Source: Planctomycetota bacterium
GTDB taxonomy: Bacteria; Planctomycetota; UBA1135; UBA2386
Direction of reading: 5' to 3'
Assembly (NCBI GenBank): GCA_947501605.1
Contig: CANMWZ010000027.1
Location: 1 to 55,492 of the forward strand
Length of the DNA stretch: 55,492 nt
The notes under the pieces were generated by a model. That model saw only the letters and a list, made by a program, of their open reading frames with translations. It did no database searches and had not been told where the DNA came from. Below, piece by piece: positions 45,169 to 54,604 of this stretch (the stretch's first letter is position 1; each line of letters begins with the position of its first letter). A program made the position numbers and the translations under genes.

Positions 45169-46809
45169 TCAGAATACCACGGCCGAGAAGGTCGGGGAGG
45201 AAACCATGCCTTCGACGCCGTCCGGATCGACGAAGAACCACTGACCGTAGACGCGCATGCCGACGAGCAGAGGGTCCGGTGGCACGTCGAATACAAGCGA
45301 AGTGAAGCCCGTTCCATCGGCGGCGGCGCAGGTCTTGCCGCAGCCGTAGAGTCGCAGTTTCGACACCGCTAGATAGGTCGGGTGGCCAAGCAGCAGGCCG
45401 GGAGCTGGCAGGCGCGCAAAGTCCAGCACCAGCGAGTGCTCGACGCCAGGCGGCGCGCCATCGGCGGCTACCGTGAAGCGGCGATTGCCGCGATAGGGTG
45501 GCGATACGGCAATGATCTGCGGCGCGTACGAACTGCGGCCCGAAGTGGGACAACCTAGGCGCACGGGTACCGCTTGCCCCTCGGACCACAATTGCGGGCG
45601 GTCGAACGGGGCCGCCTCCTGTTCGAGGCGCGGGTCCGTGAGGCTGTGCAGGAACGCAATCAAGTCGTCGCGTTCCGCGGCCGACAGGCGGCCCCGCAGG
45701 GCGCGGACCGCCGGGTCGAGGCCTGGCCCGAAGTCCCCGCCGCGGTTGTAGAACTCGAGCACCGCCGAAAGGGTCGGGAGGCCGCCGTTGTGCATGTAGG
45801 GCGTGCGCAGCGCGACATTGCGCAGGCTCGGAACCTTGAAGCGCCCGAGGTCCACCGGATCCTGAGTCGCAACGAATCGGCCCGGATCCTCCGTGACCGG
45901 TCGCACGCCCGTTCGGCGGAAGTCGTTGCTAGCGGGCCGATCCAACGACTCCAGATCGGTGTGGCAGGTAGCACAGTGAGTGACGAACAGTGCATGTCCG
46001 CGACTCTCGGCCGGATCGAGTTCGCCCTTCTTGGCGAGGAACAGATCGAATGGCGACTGATCCGCAACCAGCGTGCGCTCGTAGGCGGCGATCGCCATGC
46101 CGACGCGCGCGGCGCTGATGCCCTTGCTGCCGAAGGTGCGCTCGAACAACTCGGCGTAGGTCGTGTTGGCCGTGAACTGAGCGAGGTCGGCCGGGAGTCT
46201 GCTCGCAAGCGTCAGCGGGCGCAGCGGCCCGAGGTCATTGCCGATGTCCTCCCAAGTGCGGCCCTGGTGGCCCATCTTGCTCGGGTCGATCGGGGTATGC
46301 ACTGCTTGTTGCTCCAGGGCCGCGTCGTCGGGCAGCTCGTTCGCGTTGGTGCGCGGGTCGTGCATCGCGTTGGTCACGCGGCCATCCCACATCAACGTGG
46401 TCTCGTAGGCGGCATTGACGACGGACAAAGCCCGACGTGGCGTGACCTGCGGCCGCACGCCGAACACCGGATCGCCGATGTAGCGGCCGCCCGCGTCCTG
46501 AGCGACGACGCCGGCGGAGCCGCGCACGTCGTCGGCGGTACCGAGAATGTGATCCTGGCCAGGATGGAGGGCGCTGGGCGCCCGCGGATCGCAACCGCCA
46601 TGGTCCGGGCGATGACACGTGCCGCACGCCACCGTCCGCGCTGACGACAATTGCTCGTCCCAGAACAGGGCCTTGCCGAGCAGGGCGCGCGCCGTGCTCG
46701 TCGGATTGGACGCCGATGCTGTTGGCGGCGGAAAGTGGGTTTGCGCGCGAGCGGTTGCGGTGATCGCGAGCAGGAGCCCGATGCGAAGGGTGAGTGGTGC
46801 GACCTTCAC
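45169..46809 (-). CDS. Di-heme cytochrome c peroxidase/MauG family protein (paralog)
   Basis: CGTCH; MWDGR; CATCH; FKVPSLRNVALRTPYMHNG; signal peptide. Confidence 0.92.
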   Translation of the reverse strand: MKVAPLTLRIGLLLAITATARAQTHFPPPTASASNPTSTARALLGKALFWDEQLSSARTVACGTCHRPDHGGCDPRAPSALHPGQDHILGTADDVRGSAGVVAQDAGGRYIGDPVFGVRPQVTPRRALSVVNAAYETTLMWDGRVTNAMHDPRTNANELPDDAALEQQAVHTPIDPSKMGHQGRTWEDIGNDLGPLRPLTLASRLPADLAQFTANTTYAELFERTFGSKGISAARVGMAIAAYERTLVADQSPFDLFLAKKGELDPAESRGHALFVTHCATCHTDLESLDRPASNDFRRTGVRPVTEDPGRFVATQDPVDLGRFKVPSLRNVALRTPYMHNGGLPTLSAVLEFYNRGGDFGPGLDPAVRALRGRLSAAERDDLIAFLHSLTDPRLEQEAAPFDRPQLWSEGQAVPVRLGCPTSGRSSYAPQIIAVSPPYRGNRRFTVAADGAPPGVEHSLVLDFARLPAPGLLLGHPTYLAVSKLRLYGCGKTCAAADGTGFTSLVFDVPPDPLLVGMRVYGQWFFVDPDGVEGMVSSPTFSAVVF

Positions 46810-46962
46810 GTGACAGTTCCCGGTGGTGAGGGCGCGCACCATCAATGGCACTGGCCAATCTGTCAATCCCCGGTGAAGCCTGTGCCAAGAGTGGGTCCAC
46901 GCCGCAGCGTGCCTCGTTGACGGCCTGCCGTCAGTATCGCTGTCGGGTGTCCGTCATTGGCT

Positions 46963-47832
46963 TCATTCGCCGTGCCATTCGGCGGTCAGTTCGCACCACA
47001 TGGCCAGCCCGGCGAGCGGGCCGAACGGTTCATAGCGGTGCGCAAAAAAGCGGTCGGACGGCGGTGCGGTGCGCCCCAGCTTTTGAGCCATCGTTGCGCG
47101 ACACCACGAATCGAGTGCGAGGTCGTCATAGTGACCGAGCAACCGCAGGGCCTGCCCTGCTGCGTAGGGACCGAAGCCGCGCAAGGCCAACAGCCGGTGG
47201 CGCAGCGTCGCCGTATCGAGCGCCGGATCGGCGAAATGCTGGTCGTCGAGTGCCTTCTGCGCAAACGCGGCCGCGAGTTCTGCTGCCGCTTCGGCGCGAT
47301 AGCCGGCGCGGACGACCTCGCGATAGAACGACGGGCCCCGGTCACACTGGGCAGCAGTGGGAAACGCGCGTGCGCCACTGGGCGAGACGCTGCCGAGCGC
47401 GGCGACGAGCTTCTGCGTCATTGCGGTGGTCGCAGCCCACGTGCAGTTGGTCGTGAACAACAGCTTCATCAGGTCTTCGAACACGGTCGGGGAACGCAGC
47501 AGGCGGCCAGCACCTCGCCGCGCCGTCCAGGCGAGCGTCGGGTGCCCTTCGCAAGCGCGCCAGAACGCCGACAGGTCGTCGTGCAGACGAAGCATGTGAG
47601 CGAGTTGGGCGCGGACCTTGGCAATCGCGGCGAGCGACAACTTGCGCGCCGCATCGAGTCGAATGGACAGCCGCGTTCCGCGCTGCCGGACCTGGACATC
47701 CACTACCTGGGCACCGGCGCGGAGGGGCAGGTGCCAGGTCGCGGTGACTTCCTCGAAGCGATGCGGTGCTAGGTAGATCCAGCCGTGGCCATGAAGCGCG
47801 AGTTGCAGGTCGAATGGCGCCGTCGCGGTCAT
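46963..47832 (-). CDS. HhH-GPD DNA glycosylase (AlkA/Ogg-like)
   Basis: GRLLRSPTVFEDLMK..TTNC; AFPT; GYRA; HhH LLALRGFGPYAA; LALDSW. Confidence 0.85.
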   Translation of the reverse strand: MTATAPFDLQLALHGHGWIYLAPHRFEEVTATWHLPLRAGAQVVDVQVRQRGTRLSIRLDAARKLSLAAIAKVRAQLAHMLRLHDDLSAFWRACEGHPTLAWTARRGAGRLLRSPTVFEDLMKLLFTTNCTWAATTAMTQKLVAALGSVSPSGARAFPTAAQCDRGPSFYREVVRAGYRAEAAAELAAAFAQKALDDQHFADPALDTATLRHRLLALRGFGPYAAGQALRLLGHYDDLALDSWCRATMAQKLGRTAPPSDRFFAHRYEPFGPLAGLAMWCELTAEWHGE

Positions 47833-47920
47833 GGTTGTGCGGTGCAGGCAAGGCATGCTCGCCAGCGTCGCCGAGTGCCACTTGCGGGGGAAGTGTCGAC
47901 CGGCGACGGTGAGCGCTCCG

Positions 47921-48985
47921 ATGTCCGTTCCCTTTCGCCCGCTCCAGATCGGCAACGTGCCGATTGGAATGCCCGCCGTGCAGGCTGCGCTCAGCGGCTA
48001 CTCCGACCTGCCGATGCGGCTCGTCGCCCGCGAGCACGGAGCGAGCTACGCGTTGCACGAGCTAGTGCTCGACGAGCTCGTGCTCAAGAAGGGGAAGCTG
48101 CAGCAGCAGATCCTAGCGGTGCCAGAACAGGACCACCCCGTTGGTGGCCAGTTGATGGGCTCCGTGCCGGCGACCTTTGCCGCGGCGGCGCGCAAACTGG
48201 TGGATGCCGGCTTTGACGTCGTCGACATCAACTTCGGTTGTCCGGTCAACAAGGTGCTTGGCCGCTGCCGCGGTGGCTACCTGCTGCAGCATCCCGACGA
48301 GGCCCTCGCGCTGGTCGATGCGGTGCTGCAGTCGGTGCAGGGCGACGCGCCGGTCACGGTCAAGATGCGCCGCGGCTACGACGATGGGCCGGCGGCAGAG
48401 AAGAACTTCTGGGCGATCCTCGACGGTGTGTTCGCGCGCGGCGTCGCCGCCGTGACGGTCCACCCTCGCACCGTCGTGCAAAAGTACGTTGGCCCGAGCC
48501 GCTGGGAGTTTCTGGCGCGGGTGAAGGCACATGCGGGCGAACGCACGATTCTCGGCAGCGGCGACTTGTTCTCGGCGTTCGACGTCGTCCGCATGCTGCA
48601 GCAGACGGGCGTCGACGGCGTCACGGTGGCGCGCGGATGCATCGGCTACCCCTTTGTGTTCGACCAGGTTCGCGCCTTGCTCGAAGGTCGGGTGCCGATG
48701 CGTCCCACGCACGCGCAGTTGGCTCGCGCGTTGATGCGCCACCTCGAGCTCACAGTCGCTCAGTACGGCGATCGCGCGCTGTCGTCCCTGCGGTCGCATG
48801 CGATCAAGTACGCGCAGTTTCATCGCGAGCCGATTCGCGCGCGGACGACGATGGTCGCGGCGCGCAACCTGGTCGAGCTCGAGAGCTCGATCTCGGCGCT
48901 GTTCTTCTGTGACGAGACCGACGAGCGGGCAGAACCGCTGTCCCCGACCGACGCGATCGTTCCGTCGATGTCGGCGGCGGAGTAG
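47921..48985 (+). CDS. dus: tRNA-dihydrouridine synthase
   Basis: LSGYSDLPMR; DINFGCPV; VTVKMR; VTVHPRT; GSGD; GVDGVTVARG. Confidence 0.93.
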   Translation: MSVPFRPLQIGNVPIGMPAVQAALSGYSDLPMRLVAREHGASYALHELVLDELVLKKGKLQQQILAVPEQDHPVGGQLMGSVPATFAAAARKLVDAGFDVVDINFGCPVNKVLGRCRGGYLLQHPDEALALVDAVLQSVQGDAPVTVKMRRGYDDGPAAEKNFWAILDGVFARGVAAVTVHPRTVVQKYVGPSRWEFLARVKAHAGERTILGSGDLFSAFDVVRMLQQTGVDGVTVARGCIGYPFVFDQVRALLEGRVPMRPTHAQLARALMRHLELTVAQYGDRALSSLRSHAIKYAQFHREPIRARTTMVAARNLVELESSISALFFCDETDERAEPLSPTDAIVPSMSAAE

Positions 48986-49017
48986 CGGAGACGCGAACCA
49001 GACGCGATGCTGCGCCC

Positions 49018-50073
49018 GTGGTGACACCGATCGATCCAGACGCGCGCCCGGTGTGGGAACAACGGTGGCACCCGCTGCGCCGCGAGTGGGTCGTGGTGGC
49101 AAGTCACCGCCAAGATCGACCGTGGCTCGGCGAGCGCGTGCCGGCGTCGTCCGTAGTCGCGCTGGCCCACGATGGCGGGTGCACGTTCTGTCCGGGCAAC
49201 GTTCGACTCTCGTCGGTGGTCAATCCCGACTATCGCGGCATCCACGTGTTCGACAATGATCGGCCCTGCGTCGGCGCCGATGCGCCGCGCGAGCTGGAGA
49301 CGCCGCCGAAGGGGTATCGCAGCGCGCCGGCGACCGGCATCGCGCGCGTGGTCTGCTTTTCCGAACGGCACGACCAACAACTCGCGCGCATGGCGGTGAC
49401 CGCCGTCGATGACGTGCTGCGTTGCTTCCAATCGCAGTATCGCGAACTCGCGGCGCGCCCTGAGGTCGCACACGTCCTGATGTTCGAGAATCGCGGCGAA
49501 GCGACTGGTGTGTCCAATCTGCATCCGCATGGCCAGATCTACGCCACGAACTTCGTGTTTCAGACTATCCAGAACGAAGTCGAGGCCTGCCGCGAGCACT
49601 TCGCGGCGCAGCGCCGTTCGCTGTGGGAGGACGTGGTCGCCACCGAGGTTGCGGATGGTCGGCGCGTGATCGCACAGAACGCGGCGGCCGTCGCGTTCTT
49701 GCCGTGGTTTGCGCGCTACGCCTACGAGACCTTCGTCGGCCCGCGTCGCTCGGTCGCGAGCATCGCGGACCTCGGCGACGACGAACGGCGTGCACTGGCC
49801 GCCGTGCTCCACGAGACGCTGGTGCGCTTCGACAATCTGTGGCGGATGCCATTTCCGTACGTGATGGCGTTGCACCAAGCTCCGACCAACGGCGACGATC
49901 ATTCAGGCTTCGGCTTCCACATCGAACTCCACCCGCCATTGCGCAAGCCGGGCTTGCGCAAGTTCCTTGCCGGGCCAGAAACCGGCGGTGGCAACTTCCT
50001 CGCGGACACTGCTCCCGAGGACAAGGCCCGCGAACTGCGCGCCGTCGCCGCGACCCACTACGACCTGCCTTGA
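49018..50073 (+). CDS. galT: Galactose-1-phosphate uridylyltransferase
   Basis: HRQDRPW; CTFCPGN.R; FDND; FENRG..GVSNLHPHGQ. Confidence 0.93.
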   Translation: MVTPIDPDARPVWEQRWHPLRREWVVVASHRQDRPWLGERVPASSVVALAHDGGCTFCPGNVRLSSVVNPDYRGIHVFDNDRPCVGADAPRELETPPKGYRSAPATGIARVVCFSERHDQQLARMAVTAVDDVLRCFQSQYRELAARPEVAHVLMFENRGEATGVSNLHPHGQIYATNFVFQTIQNEVEACREHFAAQRRSLWEDVVATEVADGRRVIAQNAAAVAFLPWFARYAYETFVGPRRSVASIADLGDDERRALAAVLHETLVRFDNLWRMPFPYVMALHQAPTNGDDHSGFGFHIELHPPLRKPGLRKFLAGPETGGGNFLADTAPEDKARELRAVAATHYDLP

Positions 50074-51530
50074 ATCACTTCACTCCGTCCGCGTTGCCCG
50101 ACGAAGGCTCGGGCTGCCTGTACCTGTTTCAGCTGATCGACCGAGCCGTGCCGGACTACTTCGCGCCGGATCGGCCCGTAGTGGTGGCGCGCGCCCCGGG
50201 CCGCCTCGACGTTCTTGGTGGCTTCGCGGACTACTCGGGTTCGCTCGTGCTGCAGTTGCCGCTGGCCGAGGCCGCCTGCGTCGCCGTGCAAGAGCGCGAC
50301 GATGAACTGCTGTGCGTTTGGTCGCCGACCCGCGAGGACACGCGGTCGCAGGTTGTCAAATGGAGTCTGCGCGATCTCGGGACCCGCGACCAGCACACCG
50401 ATCTCAAGGTCGCCAGCATGCTGCTGCGCGCCGACCCGCGCGACCGCTGGACCACCTACGTGCTGGGCTGTTTGCTGATTCTCTGCGAAGCCAAAGGCGT
50501 GCGGCCTGAGCACGGCTTCTCGTTGTTGCTCCGCAGCGACGTGCCGGAGGGAGTGGGCGTGGCCTCGTCGGCAGCGATCGAGGTCGCGACCATGCGCGCG
50601 TTGGCCGCCTTCTACGGCATCGAGCTCTTGGGGCGCGAACTCGCGCTCCTGTGCCAACGCGTCGAGAACGAGATTGCCGGTGCACCTTGCGGCGTGATGG
50701 ACCAGATGACGGCGGCGTGCGGCAAACAGGATCAGCTGCTGGCGCTGCGCTGCCAACCGTGCGAGTTGGAAGGCAGCGTGGCGTTGCCTGCCGACATCGA
50801 AGTCATCGGGATCGACAGCGGTGTCCGTCACGCCAACACCGAAAGCAGTTATGGCGACGTGCGCGCGGCGGCGGCCATGGGACAGCGCATGTTGCTCGAC
50901 CTGCGCTCCGTTCGTGTCCGCGTCGATGCCGGCCTGCGTTGGGGGGCTGACGACCCGTGGAAGGGCTATCTCGCGAACTGCGATGCCGGTGAGTTCCGTT
51001 CGCGATGGGAAGAACAGTTGCCGACATCGTTGCTTGGCGCTGAGTTTCTGCAGCGCTTTGGCGGCCACGGCGATGTCCACGCCAAAGTGGATGCTGCTCG
51101 CCACTACCCGGTGCGCGCGGCGACTCGACACCCGGTGGAGGAGAATGGGCGCGCCGCGAGGTTTCGCGAGCTCCTGCTGCAGCCGGAGCCGCTGGGCGCC
51201 CGCGAGCACGCGGTTTTGGGCGATCTGATGTTGGCATCGCACAGCAGCTATGCCGCATGCGGTCTCGGCCATGCGACCACCGATTTCTTGATCGAGCAGG
51301 TTCGTTCTCGGCGCGAGCGCGGTGCTGCGGTCTACGGCGCGCGCGTCACCGGCGGTGGGGCCGGCGGCACCATCGCGATGATTGGCAAGCGTGTCGCGGT
51401 GTGGCACGAGTCGTTGCGCATCAAGAAAGCGCTGCTCGAAGCGACGGGGCATTCGGCAACGATCTTCAGGTACTCATCGGCGGGTGCCATGCCGTTTGGC
51501 GTCATCCGACTCGACCCGAAGAAAAGTTGA
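50070..51530 (+). CDS. GHMP sugar kinase (galactokinase / plant L-arabinokinase-like)
   Basis: RAPGRLDVLGGFADYSGSLVL; VPEGVGVASSAA; CGVMDQ; GARVTGGGAGG; TTGA coupling to galT. Confidence 0.88.
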   Translation: MNHFTPSALPDEGSGCLYLFQLIDRAVPDYFAPDRPVVVARAPGRLDVLGGFADYSGSLVLQLPLAEAACVAVQERDDELLCVWSPTREDTRSQVVKWSLRDLGTRDQHTDLKVASMLLRADPRDRWTTYVLGCLLILCEAKGVRPEHGFSLLLRSDVPEGVGVASSAAIEVATMRALAAFYGIELLGRELALLCQRVENEIAGAPCGVMDQMTAACGKQDQLLALRCQPCELEGSVALPADIEVIGIDSGVRHANTESSYGDVRAAAAMGQRMLLDLRSVRVRVDAGLRWGADDPWKGYLANCDAGEFRSRWEEQLPTSLLGAEFLQRFGGHGDVHAKVDAARHYPVRAATRHPVEENGRAARFRELLLQPEPLGAREHAVLGDLMLASHSSYAACGLGHATTDFLIEQVRSRRERGAAVYGARVTGGGAGGTIAMIGKRVAVWHESLRIKKALLEATGHSATIFRYSSAGAMPFGVIRLDPKKS

Positions 51531-51709
51531 AGCGCGATCGACTGCTGGCAATCGCCGCGCCGCATCGAGATCCCGGCGGCGAGCCCGCGGTCGCACGGCT
51601 TTCTGCGAGCGACGTTGGCTGCACCGCGCGGATTGGCGCACGGCGCGCCGCCAACGCCGATCCTGCAGAGGGGCGAGACAGACTGCACAACAGCGCTACG
51701 CTCGCAGTT

Positions 51710-52450
51710 GTGACCGACCCCTCCTCTGGAGCACCACACGAGGCCGCATCGTTGCCGCTGCAAAAGCCGCAGCGTCGCCGCCCGCGGCCAGTGGTGTCGC
51801 GCGCATTCGTGAGCGTGGCGCTATTGGGCGGCATGTTGCTGGCGATCGGCCTGCAGCATTCGGCGCATTCGATCGTGTCCGCAATGGACCAGCACTTCTC
51901 GTTGCGTCAGGGTCGCAACACGATCGCCGAACGCGACGCCGGCGGTGCGTCCGGGAAGCTGCAGGAGGAGCTGCGCCGCATCGCGATGGGACTCGACCGC
52001 GCGGCTCACGGTCGTTCGCCCGCAACCGAACTGACGCCGCTCGATGGTGGCATGGTGGAACTGCCGGACGCGCTGCCGCTCTATCGCGACGAGGTCGCGC
52101 GCTACGTTGCCGAGACCTTTGTCGCGCCGGTTGAATCGCAGCAGTTCGAACAGATGGGCTACCCTCTCGTCGTCGCCGCGGTCGCGTGGCTGCAGGAATG
52201 CGACTACGGCGGCCAGGACTCGTGCATTGCGGCGGCGCGCGTGCTGCATCTGCTCGCGGACGTGACGGGAGTGGACGGCCTGTGCGTTCAGGCGCCGGTC
52301 GGCGAGCCCGATGAGGCCCTGCAGCGGCGCTTCCGAGCGGCGGCGGCGGCTTGGCGAAGAATCTTGGAGCGGCACGCCCGCGATCCGGCGATGTACCGGA
52401 GCCTGCTGCTCATGACGCGCAAGGTGCGGGTGGGGGACAGGAAGGACTGA
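51710..52450 (+). CDS. Hypothetical protein, single N-terminal TM
   Basis: TM AFVSVALLGGMLLAIGL; coding-like bias; start uncertain. Confidence 0.55.
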   Translation: MTDPSSGAPHEAASLPLQKPQRRRPRPVVSRAFVSVALLGGMLLAIGLQHSAHSIVSAMDQHFSLRQGRNTIAERDAGGASGKLQEELRRIAMGLDRAAHGRSPATELTPLDGGMVELPDALPLYRDEVARYVAETFVAPVESQQFEQMGYPLVVAAVAWLQECDYGGQDSCIAAARVLHLLADVTGVDGLCVQAPVGEPDEALQRRFRAAAAAWRRILERHARDPAMYRSLLLMTRKVRVGDRKD

Positions 52451-52601
52451 CCTGCACAGCAGCCGGGCCGGGCCTTCGCGCCAGCAGCGCCCGTTCCTCG
52501 CAGCGTTGGCAGCTTCGCGCCCTTGCCTCAGCGCCGCAGGTCGGTAGAGTCCCCACCCCCACGGGGCGAAGGCCCTGCGATCGTTGTTCGGTTGGTCGAG
52601 T

Positions 52602-52678
52602 CGGAGCGTAGCGCAGCCTGGTAGCGCACCTGCATGGGGTGCAGGGGGTCGGAGGTTCAAATCCTCTCGCTCCGACCA
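52602..52678 (+). tRNA. tRNA-Pro (GGG)
   Basis: CGGAGCG acceptor stem; D-arm GCGCAGCCTGGTAGCGC; anticodon arm CCTGC-ATGGGGT-GCAGG; T-loop GGTTCAAATCC; encoded CCA. Confidence 0.97.
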
Positions 52679-52789
52679 CTTCTTAACTGCTTGTCGAGAG
52701 CCCAGTTGGGCGCTCCCCGGCGCGGTGCCGGGCGCGAGTTAGAGCAGCCTGTTCTCGGTGTAGGACTACACCGGGGGAGCAGCGCAGCG

Positions 52790-53974
52790 ATGGACTCTCC
52801 GAGCGTGATGCTGGCGAAGGTGCCGGCGTGCATTCACCACAAGGGCTCCGGCCAGGCGTTCGTGAAGCTGGGCGGCAGGTTCGTCTACCTGGGTGCCTAC
52901 GGCAGCGAGGCAGCGGAGCAGAACTACCGTCGCGTGGTCGCCGAGTGGCAAGCGACGGGTGGACAGGTTGCGCAGAAGGTGCTGACCGTCGACCACGTGA
53001 TCGCGGGCTACTGGCAGCACGCGGAGGTCTACTACCGGAAGAACGGCAAGCCGACGAGCGAGCTGTCGGTGCTGCGGTTGGCGATGCGGCCTCTGCACGA
53101 GCTGTATGGGGCGATGCCGGCGGCGGAGTTCGGGCCGCTGCGGTTGAAGGCGTGCCGCGAGGTGATGATCGATGCGGGACTCTCGCGCACGACGATCAAC
53201 GGCTACGTGTCGCGCATTCGGCAGGCGTTCCGGTGGGCGGTCGAGAACGAGCTGCTGCCTGGTGACTTGTTGCAGGCTCTGCGCGCAGTCGGCGGTCTGA
53301 AGCGCGGTCGATCGCGGGCAAAGGAGAGCGTGCCAGTGCGGCCGGTGGACCGGGCCGCGGTCGATGCGGTTCTGCCACACGTGGCGCGACAGGTCGCGGC
53401 GATGATCGAGCTGCAGTGGCTGACGGGGATGCGGCCGCAGGAGGTCGTGCAGATGCGCATGGCGGAGTTGGATCGGGGCGGTCGCGTGTGGCTGTTCCGG
53501 CCGCGCGATCACAAGGTCGAGCACCACGGTATGGACCGGGTGATCCCGCTCGGGCCGCAGGCGCAGGCCGTGCTCGCGCCGTTCCTCACGTTGGATCCGT
53601 TGGCTGCGATGTTCTCGCCGAGGGATGCCGAGATGGAGCGGCGAGAGGCAATGCGCGCCGCGCGAAAGTCGAAGGTGTGGCCGTCACACAGCAACGCCGC
53701 GCGGAAGCGGCGCAGGGGGTCGGAGGATCAAGGCCTGCGCGAGTGCTACGACACGAACAGCTACCGGCGCGCGATTGATCGCGGGTGCATGGCCGCGGGG
53801 ATTGCGAAGTGGAGCCCGAACCAGCTACGGCATGCGGCGGCGACACGGATCCGCAAGGAGATGGGGATCGAGGCCGCGCAGGCGGTGCTCGGGCACCGGC
53901 AGTTGGAGACGACGCAGGTGTATGCGGAGGTCAACCAGGCGCGCGCGGTGGAGGTGATGGAGCGGCTCGGGTAG
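52790..53974 (+). CDS. Tyrosine recombinase/integrase
   Basis: Arm-binding-like HKGSGQAFV..YLG.YGS; TGMRPQE; HK; NQLRHAAAT; LGH; TTQVYAE. Confidence 0.93.
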   Translation: MDSPSVMLAKVPACIHHKGSGQAFVKLGGRFVYLGAYGSEAAEQNYRRVVAEWQATGGQVAQKVLTVDHVIAGYWQHAEVYYRKNGKPTSELSVLRLAMRPLHELYGAMPAAEFGPLRLKACREVMIDAGLSRTTINGYVSRIRQAFRWAVENELLPGDLLQALRAVGGLKRGRSRAKESVPVRPVDRAAVDAVLPHVARQVAAMIELQWLTGMRPQEVVQMRMAELDRGGRVWLFRPRDHKVEHHGMDRVIPLGPQAQAVLAPFLTLDPLAAMFSPRDAEMERREAMRAARKSKVWPSHSNAARKRRRGSEDQGLRECYDTNSYRRAIDRGCMAAGIAKWSPNQLRHAAATRIRKEMGIEAAQAVLGHRQLETTQVYAEVNQARAVEVMERLG

Positions 53975-54025
53975 TGCCTTTTAGGCGCCCGAGCCACGCT
54001 CATGGGGCGATTCTACTGCCCGCGA

Positions 54026-54409
54026 TCACGACCCACTGTTGTTAGCCGGCGGGATCATCACCAGGATGGTGGTCGAATCGAGGCTCCAAAAGCCTGGCCC
54101 CGCGATCCCAATGAGTGGGACTAGGAAGAAGACTCCGCCGACGATGTCGAGCGCCCCTGTGGAAGAGATGTCGTTTCCGATGGTCGCGACGCCCGTTCGA
54201 TCGCCGAGCTTGGCCATGACGGCGTGGGTCTTGTTGCGCTGGAGTTCGACGGTAGCCGCCCCCCGGCCGATGAGGGCGCCGTCCACGAAGATCTCAGCAT
54301 CGGGTTCGGTCGCGGAAATCGCGACGGCCTGCTTGGAAGACACGAACAGCGAGCAGGATGCCAAGCTTGCGAGAGCAGTGGTAACGAGAGCGATTCGAGC
54401 AGCGGACAT
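54026..54409 (-). CDS. PEGA-domain lipoprotein
   Basis: Lipobox LASLASC; ISATEPDAEIFVDG PEGA motif; hydrophobic C-terminal hairpin; AAGGAG RBS. Confidence 0.75.
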   Translation of the reverse strand: MSAARIALVTTALASLASCSLFVSSKQAVAISATEPDAEIFVDGALIGRGAATVELQRNKTHAVMAKLGDRTGVATIGNDISSTGALDIVGGVFFLVPLIGIAGPGFWSLDSTTILVMIPPANNSGS

Positions 54410-54604
54410 GGCAGACTCCTTCTTCTTAGGTTGACGAGTGGACCCGGAGGCTACCGGCAAGTTCCATCACCGTCTCGGGGCTACTGACGGATTCGAGACG
54501 AAGCGGGTCGTATCTCGTGACCTTTGTCCGCAGGATGCGGGTCAACGGAAGCCATTGACTCGCCGGCGTAGTGCCTCGTTGCTCACTGGGTAGGCTTTGC
54601 GCCC

